Origin: a virus | Lineage: Duplodnaviria; Caudoviricetes | Virus record (IMG/VR): IMGVR_UViG_2617270876_000003 | Coordinates: 96,001-160,000 of that record | Direction: 5' to 3' (one strand) | DNA length: 64,000 nt | Shown here: positions 28,724-38,525 of the stretch, in pieces | Position numbering within the stretch: the stretch's first letter is position 1 | Layout of the letters: the number at the start of each line of letters is the position of its first letter | Notes under the pieces: model-generated | What the model was told of the DNA's origin: nothing | What the model saw: only the letters and a program-made list of their open reading frames with translations | The model's database searches: none | Program-made: the position numbers and the translations under genes

Positions 28724-29458
28724 TTAGGCAGTAACAGCGGATTTAATATTAAACGTTGTGATGGGTGTTTCTGGGACTGCTGATAGGATATCGGTCAGAT
28801 AGTTATCATTAAAGCAAGCATAATTACCTTGAGTAACTGTCATAGATGGAGTTTCTTTAATAACCGTTTTAGTGATTGAGTCAATATCAACATTAATCCA
28901 GCCATCATATACAATAAAGTTTTCATAGGGCAAGATAGTGTTAGAGTAAAGAGATCTTTTCCGCTTTGGTTTATGAACAATTTTAAGCGATTCTTTGTAT
29001 TGTGCGTATGGTTTAACCTCAACATGGTCAATAACCGTTTGAATAGCAACAGGGAAACCAAAGTCAGTGAATTTAACTATTGTTACTTTTGTTTGAGGCT
29101 GAAGGGCTTCAACAGCTTCAGTAAACACAGATTCAAACGGAACATTGTAGCCATATTGACGAAGCAGAGTAGCCATATTTGTGCATCCTCGATGTTCTGT
29201 GAACTCGATGATATCAAGCGTAAGAGTGATATTATGAGTGTTCAAAGCGTCAAAGAACAGCACTTTAACACGTTGTTTTTCTGTGTCCGAATACTTTGAA
29301 TAATTAACACCTTCCGGTCTAACTTCAAAACAAGCATTTGCAAGAGTATCAGAGAGAACGTCAAATTTATTAGTAATGTACAGCAGATCAAAGTTAGAAA
29401 GAGATGGATATTCGTTTGCCTCTTCTACCGAGATTTTAGCAGCTACTTGATTTGTCAT
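28724..29458 (-). CDS. Hypothetical protein
   Basis: 244-aa ORF, AAGGAG RBS, repeat-marked promoter. Confidence 0.7.
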   Translation of the reverse strand: MTNQVAAKISVEEANEYPSLSNFDLLYITNKFDVLSDTLANACFEVRPEGVNYSKYSDTEKQRVKVLFFDALNTHNITLTLDIIEFTEHRGCTNMATLLRQYGYNVPFESVFTEAVEALQPQTKVTIVKFTDFGFPVAIQTVIDHVEVKPYAQYKESLKIVHKPKRKRSLYSNTILPYENFIVYDGWINVDIDSITKTVIKETPSMTVTQGNYACFNDNYLTDILSAVPETPITTFNIKSAVTA

Positions 29459-29532
29459 TATAACCGACTCCTTTAATATGTATTAGTACCCATAATGGAT
29501 ACTTAATTTATTACTTAAATTATTTTTACTTT

Positions 29533-29628
29533 ATTAGCGAAGAATCAGACAACCTACGATTAATTTATTTTTGAGTGATTGCTTACGATCCCATTTACTT
29601 TTGAGTACTGCCAGTTGTGATTGAGACA
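29533..29628 (-). CDS. Small peptide (31 aa)
   Basis: MSQSQLAVLKSKWDRKQSLKNKLIVGCLILR*; AAGGAG RBS; own promoter. Confidence 0.45.
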
Positions 29629-30022
29629 TTAATTATCGACTCCTTTGGAATAGGTTATAATGAAATAGTGAATATGTATTCCTTAACCTTGATATAAGTA
29701 TAGCACAGATTGAGTTATGTTTGCAATGATTTATTTATTTTTATTATATAAATAAGAGGCCCATTCTTAGTGAATGAACCTATGTAAAGAGATGTTAAAT
29801 TTTGCATTGGAACGGAACGTTCCTAATGCTCACACGCGACACGCTTGCGTGTTTAGCGTGTGAATTCTTTTGATCTTTAGTTTATCTTTGAACATTAGAA
29901 ATAGCCAGTTTAACAAGTAATAACCCTTATTATATAAAGGTTTTACAAATAATTTCATATTAAATTTTGTCAAATTTGGCTTTATAATATATCTTTATTA
30001 TATCTCTCTTTTTGACAAAATT

Positions 30023-31186
30023 TTAGTACTCTAAGTCTGGATTTCCCTTTGTTTCTGTGGGTAATTTGATACTTTTTATATCATCTTTAATATTCTTTGC
30101 TTCTCTTTCAACAAGTGTGTTGATTAGTTTCTCATTATTTTTTAAATAATTTACTTGTTCCCTGACTGTATATTTCTTATTAACTATTTCACCTTCATTA
30201 TTAACTATTTTCTTTGCTGATGAGTGTCTTTTATTGGCATTGTCATATAGTAATTTTTTAACGTTTTCATTTACATTTTCATTCTTTAATTCAAATTCTT
30301 TATAATTCAATTCATATGTATTAATATCGGCGTAAGCTTTTTCTATGTTGTTGTGATTGAATGTCAATTTATAAGAATTGTAATAGTAAAGTATATTGTA
30401 TTTATTGAATAATATTTCTTTTACTCTATCCGTGCATTGTTTCCACATACCATTAACCACGATATATTTTTTATCTTGTCCTCCAGTAAGATCATATACA
30501 GCTTGTAACTCTGCGTCTGTGATTCCATTCTTTTCTTCTTTCGTTGCTTCCCTGTGTATTTTCTTTAGATTATGAGTAAGATTATATTTGTATTGATTCT
30601 CTCCATATTCATCAGTACCAGTAATATATCTATCAAGTTTAATTCCTGATTCTGATTCATTATTTCGTACATCAGGATCAATGAGGCACACTGTTATAAT
30701 ATCCTCTTTTATTGCTAATGATTTCTTTCTAAGATTTTTAAAAGCAGTCTCTAGACCGTTAGTTAATGAATCCTTTGACAATCCATAAAATTTGTGTATT
30801 TCATTTTCTGATACATCAGTTAAAATACTTAATTTTGGTATGTGATAGCGACAAAAATTATAATTGTCATTGACCATGTTTAAGAGTTTGAAAAGTTTAC
30901 TCTTAGGTAAAAGCAATTCTCCTGTTGTATCTTTAATTAGTATATTTACTATTAATTCTTCAAGATCATTGATTAAACCATATCTGGTTAGTTTACCTCT
31001 GGGATTTCTATACACCTTTTCAATGCTAATTTTATGACCTATTTTAATATATTCAAAATACCTTCCCCATTCATCCAATTGAACTATTTTAGCATTTCCG
31101 GTTTTAGTTTCTTCGCCTAAAAACTTGCATAACTCCTTATAATTCTTAAACGTATAACCTTTTTTTAGTTTTGAAGAGTCTATAAT
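30023..31186 (-). CDS. Putative phage DNA-binding/replication-associated protein; non-canonical start
   Basis: Frame extends upstream of the tracked 31078 start through FKNYKELCKFLGE..KTGNAK to ATT/ATA just after an AAGGAAG RBS. Confidence 0.55.
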   Translation of the reverse strand: MIDSSKLKKGYTFKNYKELCKFLGEETKTGNAKIVQLDEWGRYFEYIKIGHKISIEKVYRNPRGKLTRYGLINDLEELIVNILIKDTTGELLLPKSKLFKLLNMVNDNYNFCRYHIPKLSILTDVSENEIHKFYGLSKDSLTNGLETAFKNLRKKSLAIKEDIITVCLIDPDVRNNESESGIKLDRYITGTDEYGENQYKYNLTHNLKKIHREATKEEKNGITDAELQAVYDLTGGQDKKYIVVNGMWKQCTDRVKEILFNKYNILYYYNSYKLTFNHNNIEKAYADINTYELNYKEFELKNENVNENVKKLLYDNANKRHSSAKKIVNNEGEIVNKKYTVREQVNYLKNNEKLINTLVEREAKNIKDDIKSIKLPTETKGNPDLEY

Positions 31187-31331
31187 TTAACAACTTCCTT
31201 TCTTAATTAATAAGGGATATCCCTCTTGGATTTTATACACATTGTTGCAAAATAATTATATTTTAAATAATTAAATTATATTTACTTATTTAATTGATCA
31301 AAAAAGAAAAGGCTCAACTGTCGAGCCAAAT

Positions 31332-31709
31332 TTAAATATCTGTCTTTCCGCTCTCCTGGTTCAATAAATTAATTAAATTTACAGCATACTCTTCCATGAA
31401 TATTTTAAATTGATTTTGCATTTCTTCCTCTGACTCAATTGCACCAGCTTTATATGCTTCAGCTATTCCGGTAAAGTCTTCAAGTGATGAAGCATTGATT
31501 TCTGCATATCGTGCCGTATTCGAGATTGCAGAAGCTATAACAGATACTTTATAGGCGTTGTCTTTATTTAATCCTTCTTTATGTTCTGCCGCAATTTCTT
31601 CAACCGTTATATTGTTGTTGCTGCTTAATGCATGATTATAGTCATTGTTGTGTTCATTGATATTCAGATTAGACAAGTGTACCATCTCCTTTATCATCTC
31701 CACTTTCAT
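31332..31709 (-). CDS. Putative antitoxin partner of the upstream DUF4258-like toxin
   Basis: Acidic small protein directly downstream of the toxin-like ORF. Confidence 0.35.
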   Translation of the reverse strand: MKVEMIKEMVHLSNLNINEHNNDYNHALSSNNNITVEEIAAEHKEGLNKDNAYKVSVIASAISNTARYAEINASSLEDFTGIAEAYKAGAIESEEEMQNQFKIFMEEYAVNLINLLNQESGKTDI

Positions 31710-31750
31710 TATATAGTATATACCACATGGAAAGAAAAATGCAGTCACGG

Positions 31751-32107
31751 CTAGAAAACCGTGACACACTCAATATATAATTTATTGTTATTATCTACTC
31801 TGAAAGCTATTGCCAGATGTCTTTTGTTGTATCCTTCAAGTAAATATGTATAGTTGTAATATTCATCGTTCCACTTAGGTTCTACATGCTTGGGACGTTT
31901 AAGAATGGATAATAACTTTTGTTCTGTAAAGTTTCTATCAGGTTGAGCCAATCTCATTTTAACGTGATACGAATAATGAATGAAGAATTTAGGATAGAGT
32001 TCATTGATGAGTAAGATAACTTCTTCATTAGAAAGCTTCATGTTGATAGGCTTAACAGGTTGTTCTGGCTTAAACAATGTTCTCACCTCCCATATCGTTA
32101 ATAACAT
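31751..32107 (-). CDS. DUF4258/RelE-like ribonuclease toxin candidate
   Basis: YSYHVKMRL...YLLEG...LAIAF...VTVF pattern. Confidence 0.5.
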   Translation of the reverse strand: MLLTIWEVRTLFKPEQPVKPINMKLSNEEVILLINELYPKFFIHYSYHVKMRLAQPDRNFTEQKLLSILKRPKHVEPKWNDEYYNYTYLLEGYNKRHLAIAFRVDNNNKLYIECVTVF

Positions 32108-32424
32108 TATATCACAGATGGTATTATATTGTATAGTATTTATTTATTTTTACCTTTTAAATTATTGAATTGGTGTTTTATATTCATAGTTAAGAATTAA
32201 ATTTATTAGTTTTGCTTTGCTATAATATCCTACACCGTGCTCCATATTATCGGTATAACTATAAGCAATATCATATAATGTTTGTTCAGAACAGTTATTT
32301 AAAAAATCTTTTCGGCTATTTATAACAGCTTCATAGTATTTCATGTGTGCATTGTTCTCCTTTGATTGCTGTAATATTGGATCGTTATATTTGTAGAATA
32401 ACATATATAACATCTTAAGTACAC

Positions 32425-32769
32425 TTACTTTATTTTCGTAATAGTAATAGCAGAAAACCAAAGACCATTATGTTTATCAATAATTTGTTTAGTGAATTTA
32501 TATCCAAGTGATTCTAATTTATTCTCTAACTTAGTGATGCGTCTGCTGTTTGCATTTAGTGCAAGATTAATCTTTTTACCTTTGATGTTTTTACGATCTT
32601 CCCAAGCCTGGATAATTTGATTTGCTACTTTATAGGCTTCTTTGTCGGACTCTTCAATTTTAGAAAGTTCTTCGATTTGTTGTGCAAACTCTGCTTCCCA
32701 TGCGAGTACTGCTTTATATTGTGTCTCCATTGCTTTAACTTCATCGCGTCCAGTAGTTTCGTTCATCAT
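32425..32769 (-). CDS. Coiled-coil hypothetical protein
   Basis: ORF with RBS and repeat-marked promoter. Confidence 0.6.
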   Translation of the reverse strand: MMNETTGRDEVKAMETQYKAVLAWEAEFAQQIEELSKIEESDKEAYKVANQIIQAWEDRKNIKGKKINLALNANSRRITKLENKLESLGYKFTKQIIDKHNGLWFSAITITKIK

Positions 32770-32893
32770 TGTTATCCGCTCCTTTTGTTTGTTTCGTTAC
32801 ACTAATTATATCACGAATAATACGTAATGTATAGTATTTATTTATTTTTACTTTATAAATTGAAGAAAAAGAAAATGGAATAACCACAAACAA

Positions 32894-33109
32894 TTATTCC
32901 CTGTGTGCTGGATTTGATTGGCCTTTGAGTATAAGCCAAGTCTTACCACGTTTACGTGCTACAACCTTGCCAGATGAGCATAGACGCTTGATATGGTCTT
33001 GTGATAGGCTCCAGAGGGTTGAAGCTTCTTCAGTGGTCATAAGCTGTGACATGAGGGAATCGATGGTGTTATTGAGTTGTTGGATATTGATTGTGTTATT
33101 GTTGGTCAT
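32894..33109 (-). CDS. Excisionase-like HTH (HTH_17) protein
   Basis: LMTTEEASTLWSLSQDHIKRLCSSGKVVARKRGKTWLI. Confidence 0.75.
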   Translation of the reverse strand: MTNNNTINIQQLNNTIDSLMSQLMTTEEASTLWSLSQDHIKRLCSSGKVVARKRGKTWLILKGQSNPAHRE

Positions 33110-33124
33110 TGTGTTATCTCCTCT

Positions 33125-33307
33125 CTATTCCTTACGAGTAAGCCTGTATATAGCTGTGATGAGGAGATACAGAGTCACGATAGAGATGAAAGCAAAATAG
33201 TAAGGATTGGATTGTACAACGAATAGCAAAGGAACCATGACAATGAACAGGATTAAACGAAATTGTCCTTCACGTTTAGATTGATTGTGCTTAGTCATTA
33301 GGAACAA
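33125..33307 (-). CDS. Small membrane protein
   Basis: Two hydrophobic segments. Confidence 0.55.
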   Translation of the reverse strand: MFLMTKHNQSKREGQFRLILFIVMVPLLFVVQSNPYYFAFISIVTLYLLITAIYRLTRKE

Positions 33308-33418
33308 ACCCCCTTTAGTTAGTGTTGACTATAAGCAACGGTTTGGTTACAATGTAAGGGAAAAGGGTGGAACGGTGTTGTTTCCGTTCCTGCATAGTTA
33401 TCAAGTAAGTGGAATGGT

Positions 33419-33568
33419 TTAGTGTTTGCGTTTAGGACTTTTGCGAGAAGTCTTAGACGCTTTTTCTTTGCGTTCTTTCATCTTGGCTTTAGTGTCGAGT
33501 ATGTCTTTGATGATTAAGCGTATGAATGTAAGAGCGCTTATGATGACTGCCGTCTTTTGCCAATCCAT
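33419..33568 (-). CDS. Small hydrophobic/basic peptide (type I toxin-like)
   Basis: MDWQKTAVIISALTFIRLII plus K/R-rich tail; AGGAGG RBS; downstream hairpin GGAACGG/CCGTTCC. Confidence 0.55.
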   Translation of the reverse strand: MDWQKTAVIISALTFIRLIIKDILDTKAKMKERKEKASKTSRKSPKRKH

Positions 33569-33669
33569 TGTATACCTCCTTTCCCTTACAAGATTATTAT
33601 AGCATATCCGATAACGGGTATGAGTGATATTTATCATAATAATATGTATTTATTTATTTTTATTTTATA

Positions 33670-34700
33670 GAGGTGAGAGTGAGATGTGAAGGTGAGATGG
33701 AATATATTGTGTGTGTGATGATATATGATATACGTATGAGTTAAAGGTTTGTTAATAGGATGTAATGATTAGATATAGGAAATGAATATGATATTGTGGT
33801 TAGTTATAGTTATAGGCTATAAGTGGATATGGATAGATATAAAGCGATAGTAATATGATGGTTATATAATATGAAATGTAGTTTCACTAGATGAAACAAT
33901 AAGACAGCAATGTGCCATTTTTCGTTAATGTCCCGATCCTGCACAAATGTGATTGGTATGGGCATATGTGCATGTAAATTTTAAATTGAAAAGCAGCAAA
34001 GTGTGAAAAATTTTAAATTAAATTTGACTTGATAGGCTGCATGGATCATGAGAGTTGTCAAGTATGAATGTTAGTACTATTTGGCATGGAATATATGTTC
34101 CGTACCATATAGGAGCATATACCGGGGGCTATTTTACATCAGAAATTACCTTTTATTGTCAGATATGACCTATAGCACTTCCACTTCCACACTCAACTTA
34201 AAATTTTCATTTCACAATTTATCCCCAACTTTATCCACAGTTTCCTCACAACTTATTTTCGTCACTTTTCATCTATTTTCACCTAATTGTTATCGTAAAT
34301 GTTATCGTCCAACACGACACAAACCCTTATCCTATCTATACTTTTCACTCATCACTTTTTTACGTCATCACATATTTTTACCTTTTCCACCCCTGAAATC
34401 ACTATAAAACCCTTGTCCCGTCTACACTTTTACGATGTCACCTGGACGATAACATAAATTTATATATCCATTCTTCAATTTCACCTCAATTTTCACCATA
34501 CAATTCAGTCAATTTTTCCTTATTTTATCTATGTTTTTTATACTTTTTATACTCAATTCATTCCACTTTTCATCATTTCAATCGAAAATGTTATCGTACC
34601 AAATTTTCATCACCGATAACAAAATTACATTCTCGATCCATCTTTCACGCATCATCAATGATCACTCAATCATCACTCACCTGTACCGGGGGATAGTTTA
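33670..34700. other. Non-coding strand-asymmetric region (candidate origin or packaging/terminus locus)
   Basis: G-rich then C-rich top strand, perfect DnaA box TTATCCACA at 34231, GTTATCGT repeats, TACCGGGGG twice. Confidence 0.45.
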
Positions 34701-34799
34701 ACATAAAAAAGGCAGCATCCATATTTGTATTGGATACTACCCTGTAATTGACAATAAACCTTTTTCTTCTGTTTCATTAAATTATCTCATCTATTCTTA

Positions 34800-35063
34800 C
34801 TACTCATTCATGTTGGATCTCCATACTACCCAGCCATACTCTTCAAGTGGAAATACACTTTCACAACGTTCCCACTTCCACCAATTCTCACCCTTCATTT
34901 TTGCTGGTTCTTTACCTTCAGTAGTTGCACAATAATAGTAATCACCAGCCGTAAACACTGGAATACTTGTGTGTCCATAGTGGTATCTATTATCCTTTAC
35001 GTCATCTATATCCCAACCTAGTATATAGGCTATAGCCTCAGCAGAATTAAGTCTTTTCTTCAT
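34800..35063 (-). CDS. Hypothetical protein
   Basis: ORF. Confidence 0.6.
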   Translation of the reverse strand: MKKRLNSAEAIAYILGWDIDDVKDNRYHYGHTSIPVFTAGDYYYCATTEGKEPAKMKGENWWKWERCESVFPLEEYGWVVWRSNMNE

Positions 35064-35626
35064 TTAATCACCACTTCTATCATTTTAGTTTAATGTTATC
35101 AAGTTTATATTATAAAAGTAACCTGTAATTTAAACCAATTATGAATTTGAGAAGACGGTATATTTCATTCTTCAATTTTCAACTCTAATCTCTTATTAAA
35201 TTACAATAAAGAAATAACCTATCCCCTTTACTCTTGCAATCATCCTACCTTAATCAGTAACGTTTAAATTCATTATTAATTAATAATAAAATCGACACTC
35301 AGAATTGATGTCGATGCTTCAATTCCATTTTACTTCAACTTATATTTCAACTTTTCAATTTCAAACTCCAATTCTCAGCGTCAGCGTCTCGGTTCTAAAT
35401 AATGGAGGAGAGCTGGCTCGACCCCTTTATAAATACTGAGTATAAGTATATGAAAGTATATATGTATATAGGGTTTTATGTTTATATTTATACAGTGTAT
35501 TTTATGCAGACATGTTTTACACTTTTGACTTGCATATTTTACACACCTGTCTTGCATAAATTCCACTTATGCCTTGCATGTCTTACACTTAGGTTTAAAC
35601 CTAGTAACAACAATAAAAAAAAGAGG

Positions 35627-36250
35627 CTAGAGAATATTCTCCAACCTTACACTGTAATGGTTATTGTATTTGCTAAAGATGATCTTGTCATTTTCATCAT
35701 ATCTATAATCTGTACCTAACTCATGTTTCTCAATACTAAGCAATTTTTCCTTTTTCAAGATTCCGTTGTATTTGATAATTGTTTTGCTGTTTAGACCAGT
35801 CTCTCTAGATATTGTTGCTATCCCTGTATAACAGAATTGATTCAGTGTTATCTTTCTGTTTATATAACTCTCATAATAAAACAATAATCGAACACCATTA
35901 AATCCAATCCTCGGTATGTGTTTAAGGATATCTACATACACATGTGTAAACTTATTTTTACTTTTTACTAACTGTTCATTTAAAAATATTTTCCCCTTTG
36001 AATGACTATCAATTTTTACTGGTTCAAGTATGTATTGATTTCTGTTTAGGTTGTCAAAAGATTTTTTAATTGTCCGGTTATCATTTATATGCAACTGATC
36101 CTTAATGTGCTCTTTGCTACTAATAACAAACTCATTTGATCCATTTATGTATTGCAGTGTTTTGAGTTTAATCAAAATTGCAAAGTCTAATGATGACAAC
36201 TCAGGATTCCTTATTATACTGTTTGGCATCTGTACATATTGCTTACCCAT
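35627..36250 (-). CDS. Tandem winged-HTH protein (replication initiator-like)
   Basis: YVQMPNSIIRNPELS; IATISRETGLNSKTIIKYNGILKKEKLL. Confidence 0.6.
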   Translation of the reverse strand: MGKQYVQMPNSIIRNPELSSLDFAILIKLKTLQYINGSNEFVISSKEHIKDQLHINDNRTIKKSFDNLNRNQYILEPVKIDSHSKGKIFLNEQLVKSKNKFTHVYVDILKHIPRIGFNGVRLLFYYESYINRKITLNQFCYTGIATISRETGLNSKTIIKYNGILKKEKLLSIEKHELGTDYRYDENDKIIFSKYNNHYSVRLENIL

Positions 36251-36251
36251 T

Positions 36252-38525
36252 TTATCTAGCCTTCTTCAGCAAATCGCATAAATGTGTATTCCGTCTCATA
36301 TTATCCACTTTTCGTATGGCATAATTCAGTGTCTCGGCTTGAGTTAAGAATATGCACTTCTGCTTACTGCGAGTGATTGCCGTATAGATTAGATTAGCAG
36401 AAATTTGGAATTTATTGGATTTATCTACTATACACAAAGCAGCTTCAGACGAACTTCCTTGTGATTTGTGAATGGTATATGACCAACTGTGTAATAACTG
36501 AGTTGCTAATCCAAAGTCTAATCTGACTAGATTATCATCAAATTGAACAATGATCCCCTTCTTATCTCTTTCAGTCATCTCTTCGTCTTTATTGCCTTTC
36601 TTGTCATCCTCAAACTTTAAATCAATTACATTCCCTGAGTCTCCATTAACTACATCTATTCCTTGCTCATCCATGTCGGCAATTCGGTACATATTTACGG
36701 TGTTCAAAACGTAGTCTCCAACTCTTAAGATATTATCGAAACCATATTTATGTTCCTTCTTATTACCGTCTTGTGGATTAACAACTTCCTGTATATATTT
36801 ATTTATTTCAATCGTTCCAAGCTTACCCTTCTTGGTTGGTGTTAGCACCATGATGTCTTCAGGAGTAAATGTCTCAAGGAAAGTTTTATAATATGTCTTA
36901 TACCCTTTTTCCATATGTATTTGATCTACGCAATGCAAAAGAAAGTTATCGCCAAATAACTTCTTACCTTCAAAATCATTCTTAACAAATTGCTGTCCTT
37001 TTCTAATCTTTGTTGCAATATCTAATATCCCGCCATCACTCTGTCTAAAAACAATGTCAAGTTTAGTCATCGGTATGGTTCCACTTTCAATTACATCGTG
37101 AAGGAAATTTCCAGCCTGAATACTCAATAACTGGAATGAATCGCCACAGAAGAGTAATCTAGTTTTTGGATTTTTTATTTTTGCTAATAAACTTGCAAGG
37201 ATAAACACATCAGTCATCCCTGCTTCATCTATGATCACAAAGTCTTCCGCAATCTCGTACATATTTTCTTCATCTTTATCCATACCGTAACCAATTTTTC
37301 TATGTATAGTTTGTGCATCTACTCCTGTATACTTCTTTGTTACTTTAGCAGCTTTAGCTGATGGTGACATAAAAGTATATGTGAGACCAAGTTTATCAAG
37401 TAAAATAACTAAGAATTTTTGCATCGCAGATTTCCCCGTACCAGCAAAGCCAACAAGAAGATTAACGGGATGCTTTTGAATATTTCTAAAGAAGTCTTTC
37501 TGTTGATGGGTTAGTCCATTTGGAATATCTTCTTTATATTCTTCTTCTATGTACTTAATAAATTCTTCTGAATCAAAATTAAGTTCGGTTCCATCGTCAA
37601 GCTTCTCTTTGAGTTTCTTAGATATGTAATATTCTGCATTGTATGTTCTGATTAATGAAATCTTATTGTCTATAAACTTTAACTCGTCAGTCTCATCGAG
37701 CATTTTATCAATCAACTCAATCTCCAATTCCAACTTCTCTGAAGCACTTCTTAATAAATCTTCTCTGTACATAAAAGTATGTCCATGTTGCTGATTCTCG
37801 TCTATAGTGTACCGGATACCATACATTATTCTTTGCGGATTGTCATGAGCAATGCCCATCTGCTTGGCAACCTTATCTGCTCGTTTGAATCCCCAACCAC
37901 TGATAGCGACCAATTCGTATGGGCAGTCTTCAATCTTTTGTATCGCTAATTGTTTGCTGCCGAACTTTTCTTCAAGTTTTAAAATTACATCATAGGTGAT
38001 ACCATACTTACCTAATCGTCCAAGTATTTCTTTATAGGCCAGATTATCCATAATACGATTTCTAATACGTTTATAGACAACTGGCCCAAAGTTTCTTACT
38101 TTATCATAATCGAATTTGTCGTCTATGATAAGTTGAACAATATCTTCATCTGGATAGGTTTTATAAACCTCTTTTAACTGTAATTCAGTCATAAGCGTCG
38201 AAAGAAACGCTTGTTGCCCCTCCATTGTTTGTGGCACATCTTGATATATAGAGAGAACGTTATAACTTGCTCCAAATCTAGGGTCAACCTTATCTAATTC
38301 AATTTGAGCTTCGTATTCGACTCCTAATTCTAGCCGTTGCATTATACCCTTGATTGATAGTCTGTCAAAAGTATTCAGCATAATTTCATCATTTTTAGTG
38401 TTGCATGAATAAATGCGAAAGTCATTCTTATTATCTGCCTCCCTCTTAGGAAACATCATTTTTTCAGGTGTCAACTTTAATTCAATAATATTACTCAAAT
38501 TACTCTTCATCCTCCTTATTCTCAA
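36252..38525 (-). CDS. recD2: RecD2-like ATP-dependent helicase
   Basis: GWGFKRADKVA (HhH), GFAGTGKS, TIHRKIG, IIDEAGM, GDSFQL, FRQ and TIHKSQGS motifs. Confidence 0.9.
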   Translation of the reverse strand: MRIRRMKSNLSNIIELKLTPEKMMFPKREADNKNDFRIYSCNTKNDEIMLNTFDRLSIKGIMQRLELGVEYEAQIELDKVDPRFGASYNVLSIYQDVPQTMEGQQAFLSTLMTELQLKEVYKTYPDEDIVQLIIDDKFDYDKVRNFGPVVYKRIRNRIMDNLAYKEILGRLGKYGITYDVILKLEEKFGSKQLAIQKIEDCPYELVAISGWGFKRADKVAKQMGIAHDNPQRIMYGIRYTIDENQQHGHTFMYREDLLRSASEKLELEIELIDKMLDETDELKFIDNKISLIRTYNAEYYISKKLKEKLDDGTELNFDSEEFIKYIEEEYKEDIPNGLTHQQKDFFRNIQKHPVNLLVGFAGTGKSAMQKFLVILLDKLGLTYTFMSPSAKAAKVTKKYTGVDAQTIHRKIGYGMDKDEENMYEIAEDFVIIDEAGMTDVFILASLLAKIKNPKTRLLFCGDSFQLLSIQAGNFLHDVIESGTIPMTKLDIVFRQSDGGILDIATKIRKGQQFVKNDFEGKKLFGDNFLLHCVDQIHMEKGYKTYYKTFLETFTPEDIMVLTPTKKGKLGTIEINKYIQEVVNPQDGNKKEHKYGFDNILRVGDYVLNTVNMYRIADMDEQGIDVVNGDSGNVIDLKFEDDKKGNKDEEMTERDKKGIIVQFDDNLVRLDFGLATQLLHSWSYTIHKSQGSSSEAALCIVDKSNKFQISANLIYTAITRSKQKCIFLTQAETLNYAIRKVDNMRRNTHLCDLLKKAR

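Larger units (their letters stand above)
4044..33669 (-). promoter_or_regulatory. Repeated ~21-bp element (plus strand TATTTATTTTTACTTTATAAA) directly upstream of sigmaA-like early promoters; SPBRE-like operator or UP element
   Basis: Copies at about 4074, 9184, 11531, 13974, 17805, 18549, 26211, 28087, 29517, 29732, 32141, 32839 and 33651. Several abut -35/-10 pairs, e.g. TTGATA(4072-4067)-17-TATAAT(4049-4044) and TTGACT(17799-17794)-17-TATACT. Confidence 0.8.

Noticed and set aside
33871-33887. ATGAAA-TGTAG-TTTCAC dyad-like sequence
   Set aside because: Spacer is 5 bp and it is not at a gene junction
34081-34407. 108-aa ORF in the skewed region
   Set aside because: Low-complexity translation with no RBS; likely a by-product of compositional bias
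241-35719. Many plus-strand ORFs antisense to early genes (e.g. 241, 2282, 4367, 16673, 24625, 25064)
   Set aside because: Shadow ORFs without RBS overlapping better minus-strand genes
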